The translations under genes and the position numbers were made by a program. Below the pieces are notes generated by a model that saw only the letters and a list, made by a program, of their open reading frames with translations, was not told where the DNA came from and did not search any database. DNA of 64,000 nt, taken from the NCBI GenBank assembly GCA_002269645.1, contig NIVC01001838.1, positions 124,001 to 188,000 of the forward strand, in the 5' to 3' direction. Positions 15,282 to 27,144 of this stretch are shown one piece after another (the stretch's first letter is position 1; each line of letters starts with the position of its first letter). This stretch comes from Macrostomum lignano. Taxonomy: Eukaryota.

Positions 15282-16248
15282 ATGTGGCCGTTTAACCGGC
15301 ACAGTAAGAGGCGCCATCGTTCATCTTCGTCAAATTCTTCGTCCGCAGGTCAGCAAAGGGCGGCGGCAGCGGCCGGCACCGCCGAGCGGACGCTGCGCTG
15401 GCAATTCTCCCAGGTGAAAGGCACAGCCTGGGAGGCGGTCAACGAGCAGGATATAATCTCCTGCGTTGAGTTCAACCACACTGGCGAGCTATTGGCCACC
15501 GGGGACAAAGGCGGCCGGGTGGTGGTGTTCCAGCGGTCGGACAGCGGCCTGTACAATGTCTATTCGACTTTCACTAGCCACGAGCCGGAGTTCGACTACC
15601 TGAAATCGCTGGAGATTGAGGAGAAAATTAATAAAATCCGCTGGTTACCCGGCCATTATCGGGCCAATTTTCTGCTATCGACTAACGATAAGACCGTAAA
15701 GCTGTGGCGCGTCAGCGAGAAGGACCGGGCCCTGGAGGCTGTGGAACCCGATCCCAATGCCAACGCGCAAGCCCTTCGCCTGCCCCGCTACGTTCCCGCC
15801 GAGCTGATAGTCGAAGCCGCGCCTCGCAGAATATTCGCCAACGCGCACACCTACCATATCAATTCGATTTCTGTTAATAGCGACCAGGAGACATTCCTTA
15901 GCGCCGACGACTTGCGTGTGAACCTGTGGCACCTGGGCATCACGGATCAGAGTTACAATATTGTGGACATCAAGCCCAACAATATGGAGGACCTCACCGA
16001 GGTGATCACAGCCGCCGAGTTCCATCCCAGCCATTGTCATCTGTTCCTGTACTCCAGCAGCAAAGGCTCAATCCGCATGTGCGACATGCGCCAGCGGGCC
16101 CTGTGCGACCAGCACGTTGGCATCTTCGAGGAGGCCGACGATCCCTCTAGCCGGTCGTTTTTCTCCGAGATCATTTCATCTGTTAGCGATATAAAATTCT
16201 CCCATTCTGGTCGCTACATACTCAGCCGGGACTATCTTCAGTTGAAGG
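15282..16248 (+). CDS. PPP2R2: PP2A regulatory subunit B55 (PR55/twins), exon 1
   Basis: [76 protein letters not shown] and [28 protein letters not shown] are hallmark B55 WD40 sequences. Donor G|GTGAG at 16249. The start ATG at 15282 is the first in frame but is less certain. Confidence 0.95.
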
Positions 16249-16356
16249 GTGAGTTTTGGGCTAATCAAAGCTTTATTTGCCAATATTCTGCTTTTCTTCA
16301 GCAGAAGAAGCATGTGTCTTATTCTGCTTTTTGGAGATTTTGGGTACATACTGCAG

Positions 16357-16745
16357 TTCTCATTGATTCGGTTCTGATTTATTCGGGTTCTCATAGATTC
16401 GGTTCTGATTTATTCGGGTTCTCATAGATTCGGTTCTGATTTATTCGGGTTCTCATAGATTCGGTTCTGATTTATTCGGGTTCTCATAGATTCGGTTCTG
16501 ATTTATTCGGGTTCTCATAGATTCGGTTCTGATTTATTCGGGTTCTCATAGATTCGGTTCTGATTTATTCGGGTTCTCATAGATTCGGTTCTGATTTATT
16601 CGGGTTCTCATAGATTCGGTTCTGGTTTATTCGGGTTCTCATAGATTCGGTTCTGATAGATTCGGGTTCTCATAGATTCGTTTCTGATAGATTCGGGTTC
16701 TCATAGATTCGTTTCTGATAGATTCGGGTTCTCATAGATTCGAGT
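16357..16745. repeat. 31-bp minisatellite (~12 copies) in B55 intron 1
   Basis: Unit TTCTCATAGATTCGGTTCTGATTTATTCGGG. Confidence 0.95.
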
Positions 16746-18359
16746 TCATTTAGGTTCTATGAATGTTCGAGTTTGTGCCGCTTGTAATTCGTATGATTAC
16801 AAAATAATGAATATTTTTAGCGTTGGTATTAGTGGCGGCTATATCGCTATAAACTATCTGCAGTTCATTGAACATGAATAGCTAGTTGAATATACTGCTA
16901 GGAGCTAAACTGGATAAGAGGCGATGGCGTGTCAAGCCGCTTTCCTTACTCAGCTGAGGCGGCCTGTCTGAGTCCAGAAATTGAGTTATACATCTTGCCA
17001 ATGGAAGGGGAAATGTAGTCTTTGGGGATCTGGAGACAGGCAAGGGAGCTCACCTATAGGTAGGGGAGGCGGGGGAACGGGTTGCTAATTGAATCTCGTA
17101 AGGAGCATTGGCCAGTCTGAGCACAAAATAATGCTAGGGGAATGAGCGCATACTCATCCCTGCTCTGCACTGTGTGCAAGACTATAGGATCAACACTATG
17201 CCATAAGAAAGCAGGCGGCCATATAACAGATATCAGCCGATGAAAGAGAAGATAGATGGAGTGAGAAGAACCGGCCGTTGGGACAAAATGGGACAGTTCG
17301 ATGCAGACGGTAATTTAAGAGTGAATTATAGGATTGCACAGGCCTGGGAGGCTGCCGCTGCTGCTGCCGGACGGGGATGGCTGGCAATTTTTCTGCTCTA
17401 CTGGCTTGCCCAAATCCGCCTCTCCGTTCCCATCTGCTCTGCTGCTCTCCCCACTGTGTCCATCTTATCCAGCACATGCAGATGCAGCAGATGGTTTTTT
17501 AGAGAAAAAAGGGAGAATAAGAAGTCACCGCTGTTGGGGGGATAAGGATTAAAAGGATCTTTTCTTTATAATCAGGCGGCTCTGGGACTTTCCTCAACTG
17601 CAGCGGGGGAGACTTCCTCCCCCCCCCCCTGCTGCTGCAGCTCTGCAGCTTCGATTTCTCTCCATATATAATGAGTGAAAAGGACAGGCGCTACAATTTG
17701 CCTATAGTTTCTGCTTCTGCTAGCCTAGCTGTCTTCTCAACCCTCCCCCCAGCTCCTCGGGCTGTCACGCACCGATTTCATCCCTGCTAATCCTCATCCC
17801 AGCAGCCCAGTTATCCTCAAGGTGTGCGCGTCTCTACTTAACGCCAATGCACAATGCTCGCGTGTTTACGCGGCCCCATCTGTGCGGCTCGGTTCCAGAT
17901 GATGAAAGAAGGCGAGTTGGGATGTAAAGAGAAAGAAAATTGCGGAGGCAAGATTAGCCCAGCCCCCTCCCTCCCTCCTAGCTTTCTTCACCTCCCGCAC
18001 TTCGCTTTACTCCTGCCTAATCCCTGTAATTAACGAGTTCCGTAGAGACTAAACAGGTAGCTGGCTAAGTACAGGGCAGCGGAGTGGCACTGATGAATGC
18101 TTTCTGTTCGGTTCTCTTTCACTACAAGAAAATCTGCAGGTTAATTTTTCTGGCCTATACTTACCCCTGCAGAGTCTATTGGCTAGATTTATACTTTATT
18201 TTCCTTGCTGGGATTGAAGGCTTTGACTTGGCTTATTCGCTAGTTTTTTGTCTTTGCGTCATTGCTATGCACAGATGACGCTTGGTGCACATTGGGAGAC
18301 TGTCTATTCTCTTTGAGTCTTTCTGAGTGCTTTCCGGAGTTCTGCTTATGGTTCGCTTC

Positions 18360-18870
18360 TCCTTCAGGTCACGCCTTTTCTCCTTTCCCTTCTCTCCTTT
18401 CCCTTCTCTCCTTCCCCTTCTCTCCCTCCCCTTTTCTTCCTCTCCTTCTCTCCTTCCCCCTTCTCTCCTTCTCTCCTTCTCCCTTCTCTCCCTCTCCTTC
18501 TCTCCTTCCTCCTTCTCTCCCTCCCCTTCTCTCCCTCTCCTTCTCTCCTCCCCCCTTCTCTCCCTCCACTTCTCTCCTCCCCCCTTCTCTCCCTCTCCTT
18601 CTCTCCTTCCCCCTTCTCTCCCTCCACTTCTCTCCTTCCCCCTTCTCTCCCTCCACTTCTCTCCTTCCCCCTTCTCTCCCTCCACTTCTCTCCTTCCCCC
18701 TTCTCTCCCTCCCCTTCTCTCCTTCCCCCTTCTCTCCCTCCCCTTCTCTCCTTCCCCTCTCTCCCTCCCCTTCTCTCCCTCCCCTTCTCTCCCTCCCCTT
18801 CTCTACCTCCCCTCTCTCCCTCCCCTCCTCTCCCTCCTCTTCTTTCCCTTCCCTTCTCTCCCACTCCATC
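18360..18870. repeat. CT-rich degenerate tandem repeat in B55 intron 1
   Basis: Reiterated CTCCCTTCTCTCC-type units upstream of the exon 2 acceptor. Confidence 0.85.
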
Positions 18871-18958
18871 TACCAGTCTTATCGTCCCACTTTCCGCTTG
18901 TGTATATGTAGCCTCCTTTTGACTACAACACTGCTATATTTCTTTGTTCACGTTTTAG

Positions 18959-19094
18959 TGTGGGACCTGAACATGGCAACCAAACCCGTGGAGGTCTACC
19001 CGGTGCACGAGCACTTCAGGCGAAACCTGTGCGCTCTGTACGAGAATGACAGCATCTTTGATAAATTCGAGTGCTGCTGGTCTGGCGACGACAG
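18959..19094 (+). CDS. PPP2R2: PP2A B55, exon 2
   Basis: TTTTAG| acceptor; (V)[44 protein letters not shown](R); donor AG|GTGAG. Phases match exons 1 and 3. Confidence 0.95.
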
Positions 19095-19147
19095 GTGAGC
19101 TCAAGTCTCAGATTGGTGGCGTTGAAGTTGAAGGAAAGAGAGTAGGA

Positions 19148-19490
19148 AACGGAGATTAGGGGCGAGAATCCAGAGAAGCAGAGCAGGAGACGTAGGGAGA
19201 TTGAGGGATGAGAATCGAGAGAAGTAGAGCAGAAGACAGGGAGATTAAGGGGTGAGAACCGTGAGAAGTGGAGCAGGAGACGGAGATTGAGGGGTGAGAA
19301 CCGTGAGAAGTAGAGGAGGAGACAGGGAGATTGAGGGGTGAGAAACGAGAGAAGTAGAGCAGAAGACAGGAAGATTGAGGGGTGAGAACCGTGAGAAGTA
19401 GAGCAGGAGACAGGGAGATTGAGGGGTGAGAACCGAGAGAAGTAAAGCAGGAGACAGGGAGATTGAGGGGCGAGAATCCAGAGAAGGAAG
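19148..19490. repeat. 44-bp minisatellite (~8 copies)
   Basis: Unit GAGATTGAGGGGTGAGAACCGTGAGAAGTAGAGCAGGAGACAGG, period seen at 19327/19371/19415/19459. Confidence 0.9.
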
Positions 19491-19499
19491 CTTAGAATG

Positions 19500-19501
<2 letters not shown>

Positions 19502-19561
<60 letters not shown>
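19502..19561. repeat. (AG)n microsatellite
   Basis: Pure AG run of about 60 nt. Confidence 0.95.
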
Positions 19562-19563
<2 letters not shown>

Positions 19564-19976
19564 CCATCAGAGCATAGCGGTACCGGCACTACTTATCTAG
19601 TACTCTTTGCTCTTCAAATGTGTGGCTGCGAAATCTGTTTGTTGTTGAAATTTCTCAATTTCTGGTCGAACAGACCACAGAGCGCTTGAATCAAGTGATT
19701 TACATTTAATTAGGTTTAATTAGCGCTTCTTCAGCTGCGCTCAGTGCATTCTTGGCTGGATTCCGCATATTCTCTTATCAAAGCCTGTTCAGCTCGAGCA
19801 GGTGCTGCCGTCTCGCTGATTTTGCTTCACTAATTTTATTCTGCTTTGCGCAATTAGCAAAGGCTTTTGCAAGTCTGCGTCTTTTGTCTGCTCTGGCTTT
19901 TTAAATTCTTGTCTGCTGCTAACTGATGTGATTGCGAAATCTGTAGCCCCCGAAGTACTGTCATGGTACATTAATT

Positions 19977-20785
19977 ATCGAGTACCTGAATGATCTGAGT
20001 ACCTGAATTATCTGAGTACCTGAATGATCTGAGTACCTGAAGGATCTGAGTACCTGAATTATCTGAGTACCTGAAGGATCTAAGTATCTGAATTATCTGA
20101 GTACCTGAAGGATCTGAGTACCTGAAGGATCTAAGTACCTGAATGATCTGAGTACCTGAATGATCTGATTGCCTGAATGATCTGATTGCCTGAATGATCT
20201 GAATACCTGAATGATCTGAGTGCCTGAATGATCTGAGTGCCTGAATGATCTGATTGCCTGAATGATCTGAGTGCCTGAATGATCTGAGTACCTGAATTAT
20301 CTGAGTACCTGAAGGATCTGAGTATCTGAATTATCTGAGTACCTGAAGGATCTGAATACCTGAAAGATCTGAGTACCTGAATGATCTGAGTACCTGAATT
20401 ATCTGAGTACCTGAAGGATCTGAGTATCTGAATTATCTGAGTACCTGAAGGATCTGAATACCTGAATGATCTGAGTACCTGTATCTGAGTACCTGAAGGA
20501 TCTGAGTATCTGAATTATCTGAGTACCTGAAGGATCTGAATACCTGAAAGATCTGAGTACCTGAATTATCTGAGTATCTGAATTATCTGAGTACCTGAAG
20601 GATCTGAGTATCTGAATTATCTGAGTACCTGAAGGATCTGAATACCTGAATGATCTGAGTACCTGTATCTGAGTACCTGAAGGATCTGAGTATCTGAATT
20701 ATCTGAGTACCTGAAGGATCTGAATACCTGAAAGATCTGAGTACCTGAATTATCTGAGTATCTGAATTATCTGAGTGCCTGAATG
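19977..20785. repeat. 17-bp minisatellite (~47 copies) in B55 intron 2
   Basis: Unit (G/T)ATCTGAGTACCTGAA(T/G) with variants. Confidence 0.95.
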
Positions 20786-20900
20786 ATATTGTAAATAGTA
20801 ACCAGCTGAATTACTAGTTATCATCAACCGCCCTGAGCATTATTAAGTAGCCTGGCGCAGTCTAAGTTTACTAAACTCCCCCCTCCCAACCCGCTCCCAG

Positions 20901-21216
20901 GCTGGTGCTCACCGGCTCCTACAACAACCTGTGGCGCGTGTTCGATCGCCAGTCTGGCGGCGCCGACGTCACCCTGGAGGCCAGCCGGGAGGGCGTGGCG
21001 CCCGGCAGCGACTTGAAGCCCCGCCGTGTGGTCCTGTCCGCGGCGGCCAAGGCTGCTGCAGCGCAGAGCGGCGCCGGCCAGCACGCCGAACTGCTGACAG
21101 CCGACAGCTTGGACCTGCAGAAGAAGATCCTGCACCTGGCCTGTCATCCAAAGCATAACTGCGTTGCCCTGGCAGCCACTAACAACCTCTATTTGGTTGT
21201 GTCGCCGCACAATTAA
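20901..21216 (+). CDS. PPP2R2: PP2A B55, exon 3 (terminal)
   Basis: CTCCCAG| acceptor; LVLTGSYNNLWRVFDR...DSLDLQKKILHLACHPKHNCVALAATNNLYL; TAA at 21214-21216. Spliced total is 1419 nt = 472 aa. Confidence 0.95.
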
Positions 21217-21647
21217 ATCAGAATTTTACCTGTTGGTCCATTCTAAATTCTAATTATTTTTTTACTTCATTATTAACTATTAATTATTAATGTTATAGAT
21301 GTTCCGTTCGAGTGTTGCTATTTAAATATTCCAAGTAAACTTAAATTATTCATATTAAATCTAGTTTTTGGCCCAACAGAAATTTCTGCTTGCTGCCTTG
21401 TCGTGGGGGTGGGGGGTCCCTGTAACTTGTTGGCCCTTCAAGTCCTATCGAAAATAACTGTGCTATCTTATTTTTTCAAAAACTATTATAACTCATGTTA
21501 GTAAGCCGGCAGTTAGGCCATCCGTTATGCCGCCAGCTTCAACTAGCGATAAATTTATTTCTATATGTCCATATGTTTCCATTGCTGAGGAATTAAAATA
21601 TTTTTGTTATGCTTGCTTCACTGGTTTTTTATCTACTAACTTTGAGG

Positions 21648-21679
<32 letters not shown>

Positions 21680-21830
21680 TTCTGCCTGTCTTGATGTCTT
21701 TCTGTCTGTCTGTCTGTCTTGCTGTCTGTCTGTCTGTCTGTCTGTCTTTCTGCCTGTCTTGATGTCTTTCTGTCTATCTATCTATCTGTGTATCTGTCTC
21801 AGTGTCTGTCTGGTCTGTCTGTCTGCCTTC
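21648..21830. repeat. (TGTC)n imperfect microsatellite
   Basis: Interrupted TGTC/TCTA tetramers. Confidence 0.85.
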
Positions 21831-22639
21831 CCCTGAACTCGCCACAATTTTGCAAGCTACCCTCTTATCTTACTTCTAGTACTAACTACAATACATGTTT
21901 TTTACGTAGGTGTGCACGCGGCAATATTCATTGCGTCTAGCTATCGCAGCAGTATTCTGTGCGCTCGCGATGAACTTCGATCGATCCATCCAATGCTGTT
22001 TCGAGTGCACTAAATGACCCCAAGATTTGTGTTAAGTTGGCTCGTTCTTCTCGTCTCCACGAAGGAAGCAAGGCTCAAAGTTCCATTGTTCCCTGGCCGC
22101 TAAATATTGAATAATATGCTCGAGTTTTATTTTCCCATCATCTAATTTATTTGGTCATTCTGTGTACGCATAAGTTTGCCCTATTTTCTACACACGCAAG
22201 TTGTAATACGTCTCTCTTGCGCACGCAGTCAGTAGTATGCTGTGCGCATTATTGTTGTTCATTTTCTGCATCTTGTTATTATTGTACAGTGCATATTGCA
22301 TTGTACTTCGGCAGTTTGTTTACTATATATTGTAATTGTACTGTGTTTAATGAATAAAAATAATACAGAAACCATAATGTGTCCGCGTGCTCTACTAGAA
22401 TAATTGCTATTATTCTAAAACTTTATTTTTCCAATACAGTACGCAGGCCCGTGTGCAATGCCGACCAAGCGCTGTGCCAGTCAAGCCGCCTCTGTTCTCC
22501 CCATAGTGATTCCTAACTTACTTGCTTTTTTAACTGCGCCCACAGACATTGGGGCCGTCTTACACAAGCCCTAATTAGTTTGTTCTCTTGTGTTGCATGT
22601 GAAATTCTGTTTTATAATTTCACTTTTGAATAGAAGCTA

Positions 22640-22912
22640 TCCTCCCAGATCCTCAGGTTGAGCAGCAGCCACCCTCCCAGATCCTCAGGTTGAGCAGCAG
22701 CCACCCTCCCAGATCCTCAGGTTAAGCAGCAGCCACCCTCCCAGATCCTCAGGTTGAGCAGCAGCCACCCTCCCAGATCCTCAGGTTGAGCAGCAGCCAC
22801 CCTCCCAGATCCTCAGGTTAAGCAGCAGCCACCCTCCCAGATCCTCAGGTTGAGCAGCAGCCACCCTCCCAGATCCTCAGGTTGAGCAGCAGCCACCCTC
22901 CCAGATCCTCAT
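22640..22912. repeat. 32-bp minisatellite (~8.5 copies)
   Basis: Unit CCCTCCCAGATCCTCAGGTTGAGCAGCAGCCA. Confidence 0.95.
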
Positions 22913-23431
22913 GTAAAGCTGCAGTCACTTCCAGATTTTATGGGACTTCAGTTCAATTAGAAACGATCATCGATTGCCAATAATACATATGATTCAATCT
23001 CATGAAACACAAGGTGCAAACATTTTATTGTATGCTAGGTATCGACTCCTTCAGTTTAATTGTGTCATTCAGCTACTCACCTTTTGCAAATTTAAATAGG
23101 TATTAGCGTCTATTTTATTAATCACACTTAGTTAAATTAAACAAGTTTGCTTTGTTCAAATTTTTTGCATAAAAAGGCGCCAATTTGAGTGTTTGAACTG
23201 CCGCAGTTTCGCAATCGTTGATTCTTATTTTTTCTTACGTATATTTTAGCTCAAATAGGAACATTAAGCATAGTCCTGTCTGCTTTGTACAAGCTTATAA
23301 GCTGTTTTTGCAGCTTCCTTTACTGTTTGTTTTGCGACTTGTGGTGCCCCACATTGCTCCTCCGATCATTGTCTGTTGATCATTAATCGCACAGGTTTGT
23401 AGATGCTTGACTGCCTGGGCACTGCCTGTTG

Positions 23432-23980
23432 AGATGTTTACCTTCCCCACCCATCCTTCAGGGAGATTTTTACCTTCCCCACCCATCCTTTACGGAGATG
23501 TTTACCTTCCCCACCCATCCTTCAGGCAGATGTTTACCTTCCCCACCCATCCTTCAGGCAGATGTTTACCTTCCCCACCCATCCTTCAGGGAGATCTTTA
23601 CCTTCCCCACCCATCCTTCAGGCAGATTTTTACCTTCCCCACCCATCCTTCAGGGAGATCTTTACCTTCCCCACCCATCCTTCAGGCAGATTTTTACCTT
23701 CCCCACCCATCCTTCAGGGAGATCTTTACCTTCCCCACCCATCCTTCAGGGAGATTTTTACCTTCCCCACCCATCCTTCAGGCAGATTTTTACCTTCCCC
23801 ACCCATCCTTCAGGCAGATGTTTACCTTCCCCACCCATCCTTCAGGGAGATCTTTACCTTCCCCACCCATCCTTCAGGGAGATTTTTACCTTCCCCACTC
23901 ATCCTTCAGGGAGATCTTTACCTTCCCCACCCATCCTTCAGGGAGATTTTTACCTTCCCCACTCATCCTTCAGGGAGATA
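23432..23980. repeat. 32-bp minisatellite (~17 copies)
   Basis: Unit TTACCTTCCCCACCCATCCTTCAGGGAGATTT with variants. It explains the overlapping periodic ORFs. Confidence 0.95.
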
Positions 23981-24638
23981 CTTGCCTTGCCCATCGAGCC
24001 TTTAGGGAAAATATTTCCAAAGAGATGTATAATTGAATTTTTGCCACTATGGTGAAATAGATACAGATGACGTACAAAAACGAACGCCAAGTTGTTGTTC
24101 GCGGTGGGCTATCTCGCCTTCATTTTGTATGTAGTTTAATTATGTATTTTGCTTCACCTGTTCCCCGCCTGCGCACCAATATCCTGTGCCGTGCGGTGCA
24201 AATTGGCTCACACCAAAGCTGTGCGCAGATGTGCCCCAACATTGCACCGAGTGACCTTCCTACGTTGTCTGTGTTCCAGCAGCCGGATTTTTGCTATCCC
24301 GAATTGTCTCACTGTCTATTCTATTCTAGTGAAGATTATAACAATTTGGAATGGACAATATTTGCTCTATTGTATCCTGTGTGCTTTATGTGTCTTGCTT
24401 TAACTACTTTTGTCTCCTCTGTCCGCCCAAAAGTCACTTACGCTTCTAAGAACATTGAAAATAAAGCACAAAAATCTATCTTGGCAATATTATTATATAC
24501 CCGTATTGTTATTTATATAGGCTAATTATCGTAGCGTTAATTTTTCTTATTGAAAATTTTCTTGGTTGCACCAGGATTTCAATTGCAAACAGGAGCGATT
24601 CTTTTGTGTTATTATTCATCTTTGCGAAGCATGCTTGG

Positions 24639-24790
24639 GCGCAACCTTGGGAATCACTCGGCCGTTTCTATTGGCAGCACACATGTAAGTCACTATTGGA
24701 CGGAATAGTAGTCACGTGACTGCTCTCAGCCAATAGCGACTTACATGTGTGTTGCCAATAGAAACAGCCGAATGATTCCCAAGGTTGCGC
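24639..24790. mobile_element. Hairpin element, copy 2 (inverted relative to copy 1)
   Basis: GCGCAACC...GGTTGCGC arms. The loop is the reverse complement of the copy 1 loop. More arm mismatches than copy 1. Confidence 0.85.
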
Positions 24791-24837
24791 ATGTATGTTA
24801 AATGCGCAGCGTTTACTGGATGTATGTAACCTTTACA

Positions 24838-24990
24838 GGGGGTTGTTACCGAGTGGTCAGAGCGTCCGACTCACGACTGAAAGGTCTGGGGTTCGATTCT
24901 CGACCCTCAACGATTGGTGTCCTTAAGCAAAGCACTTGACTCTGCATTGCTTCAGTTCACCAAGGTGTAAAATGGGTACCAGCATTAGCG
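24838..24990 (+). mobile_element. tRNA-derived SINE with CORE-like domain
   Basis: A-box-like TACCGAGTGG and B-box GGTTCGATTC. These are followed by GTGTCCTTAAGCAAAGCACTTGACTC...TTCAGTTCACC...TGTAAAATGGGTACC, resembling the CORE/MIR central domain. Confidence 0.7.
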
Positions 24991-25616
24991 GGTAAACACT
25001 AAACTCACAATGTCTCACTTTCTGGGAATTCCGAGTTGCAAAGCAAACAGGCGTTGCAATCCTCACAAGCTTGCTGAGAACAGTTAGAAGTATTGTTGGA
25101 GAGCGGCAATGCTCAAAATACCGAAGTTATGTTTTCAAAACAGATTTCGCATAGATTTGCTTTTTTGCACAGCGCAGAGTGGGGTTTGGCCATGGCCACA
25201 GACAAATCCGATCGAGAAAATTCCGAAAATTGCTTTTAAAGACAATTCTAATTAACCTATCTACATACGAAGTGATGTGATGTAGATCACCAGGCCTAGC
25301 TTTTCTCCATGAATACATTGTAAGCCCGGTTGTCAAAAAGGCTATTTTTATTATTTAAATAACTCAAATTTAATAGCTTGTTTACGAGTAGGTAAAATAT
25401 CTAGTTATTCTTAATAATGCAGAGATTTTTGCACTTTTGAATCTCAGCCACTGAAATCAAATTGGAGCCAAGGACAACCTAATCAATCAGGACTGTAAAC
25501 TCGAAAATCATGGCTTTGAGTTGGAGGCACAGAATATATAGAAGATTGACGGCTACACGAAAATGTAGCAAGTGCGAAAGAAGCGAATAAAAAGCCCTTT
25601 TGACGGAAAATATCCA

Positions 25617-25760
25617 ATGCCTAGAAAGTACAGCGTATTTAGTTGCTGCTCAAACAACAAAAGTAAGCCATGAGAAGACGACAATTTATTCATTCCCGAA
25701 AGTCCAGAAAAGTGCGAGGCATGGCGAGTTGCATAGCCGAATATTTTGACGGTGAGTTCT
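25617..25760 (+). pseudogene. Possible degraded THAP-domain N-terminus (transposase relic)
   Basis: MPRKYSVFSCCSNNKSKP*EDDNLFIPESPEKCEAWRVA*PN has THAP-like spacing (M-P-R-K, C..N, F.P, W..A.P) with two stops. Confidence 0.4.
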
Positions 25761-25816
25761 TAAGCCTCTTTTATTCGGTGTTTCCTGACTCTTATACCGG
25801 CGTACCGCATTTAAGA

Positions 25817-26000
25817 TGGGTTTGGCCCACAGACTATCTCACTGTGACAATCCAATCTCAGCTATATAACCATCGCTGCTATGGGAGCCGGGGTTTGGCC
25901 CACAGACTATCTCACTGTGACAATCCAATCTCAGCTATATAACCAACGCTGCTATGGGAGCCGGGGTTTGGCCCACAGACTATCTCACTGTGACAATCCA
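25817..26000. repeat. 73-bp tandem repeat (~2.4 copies)
   Basis: TTTGGCCCACAGACTATCTCACTGTGACAATCC recurs at 25821, 25894 and 25967. Confidence 0.9.
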
Positions 26001-26589
26001 AGCCAGCCACGACTCCGTCAGCTCATTTGCCATTCCGATGAACATATGTGTGTTGCCGTAATCTTCCATCACCTCGGGCTCCATGTGAAATAAAAACGCA
26101 CTAAAAAAGAAACAATTCAAGAAAATTACCGTAAAAGAACCAGTAGTGAAATGAATTTACCTACTTACACGAAAATAATTAAATAGCCGGTGACTAAGAT
26201 TCATATATATTTATATATATACTATATATATTTAAAATTATTGCCATCGCAACACAAATGACAATATCGTGAAAAAGAACACTCCGAACAGAGTGCCGAT
26301 AAAATTACAAAAACTGGCTTGTAAATTGTAGATTCTGAGCACTGAAATGCTGCAACGGAAAAATTTACATTATATACTGAAGAAAGGGTGAGCAAGTGAT
26401 AAAACAGTTCCCTTTGTAAAACTCGAGTAGACAATTCGACAAAGGCATCAAAATCTACTCCAACTACCCAGTGGTAATGATAGCTCATGCTACATTAGTA
26501 GAAGTTCATTAGAATGACGCTACACTTGGCTTTCTTAGAAATGAGCTGAAGGGCCGGACCATAAGGAAGGTGTCTGTGTCGTTCTAGAG

Positions 26590-27000
26590 AACGCATAGCA
26601 CTGAATGGGGTTTCGTCATAGAGAAAAATCCAGTTTCTCCTAAGCATTCTACATGCACTGGCGATGCGACAAAAATGCGTTCTTAACGGCCCTCCGGCTC
26701 ATTTCTAGGAAAGTCGAGTGTAGCTTCCTCGCACTGCAGTTGTCTATGCCATCAAAGATACTGAAGTAGTCTGCTTTGAGTGCCAGTTGTTTTTTCACGT
26801 TTTTGAAAATTCGTTTACAATCTTTAGATCTACCAAAATGCTTCATCCATTCGTAGAATCCAACTCAAATTCGCGCCTTTCACGTTTCGCGTTTTAATAA
26901 TATCCCCAGAAGTACTCAGTAACTCGTAAGCTTTGCCTTTACCAACCTTAACATAGTAAAGCTAGTTCAAACTGCATTTTACCTGCTATTTGGCGGAAGG
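26590..27000 (-). pseudogene. Possible degraded Polinton/adintovirus-type DNA polymerase B C-terminal fragment
   Basis: Across frameshifts: GKMQFE ... KAYEL ... NVKGANL ... KLHSTFLEMSRRAVKNAFLSHRQ. The motif order is reminiscent of pPolB; similarity judged only by eye. Confidence 0.3.
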
Positions 27001-27144
27001 TGTCCAGAACCTGTTTTAAACAAATGCTCAGACGATAAGTTCACTCGGGTCCTAACAAACATGAACCAGTCATAAAAATGCACTAAAGGGTCAACAGGAT
27101 GCCACAAGATGCCAGTGCAACAGCAGGGCAGGTGCAAACGTCAG

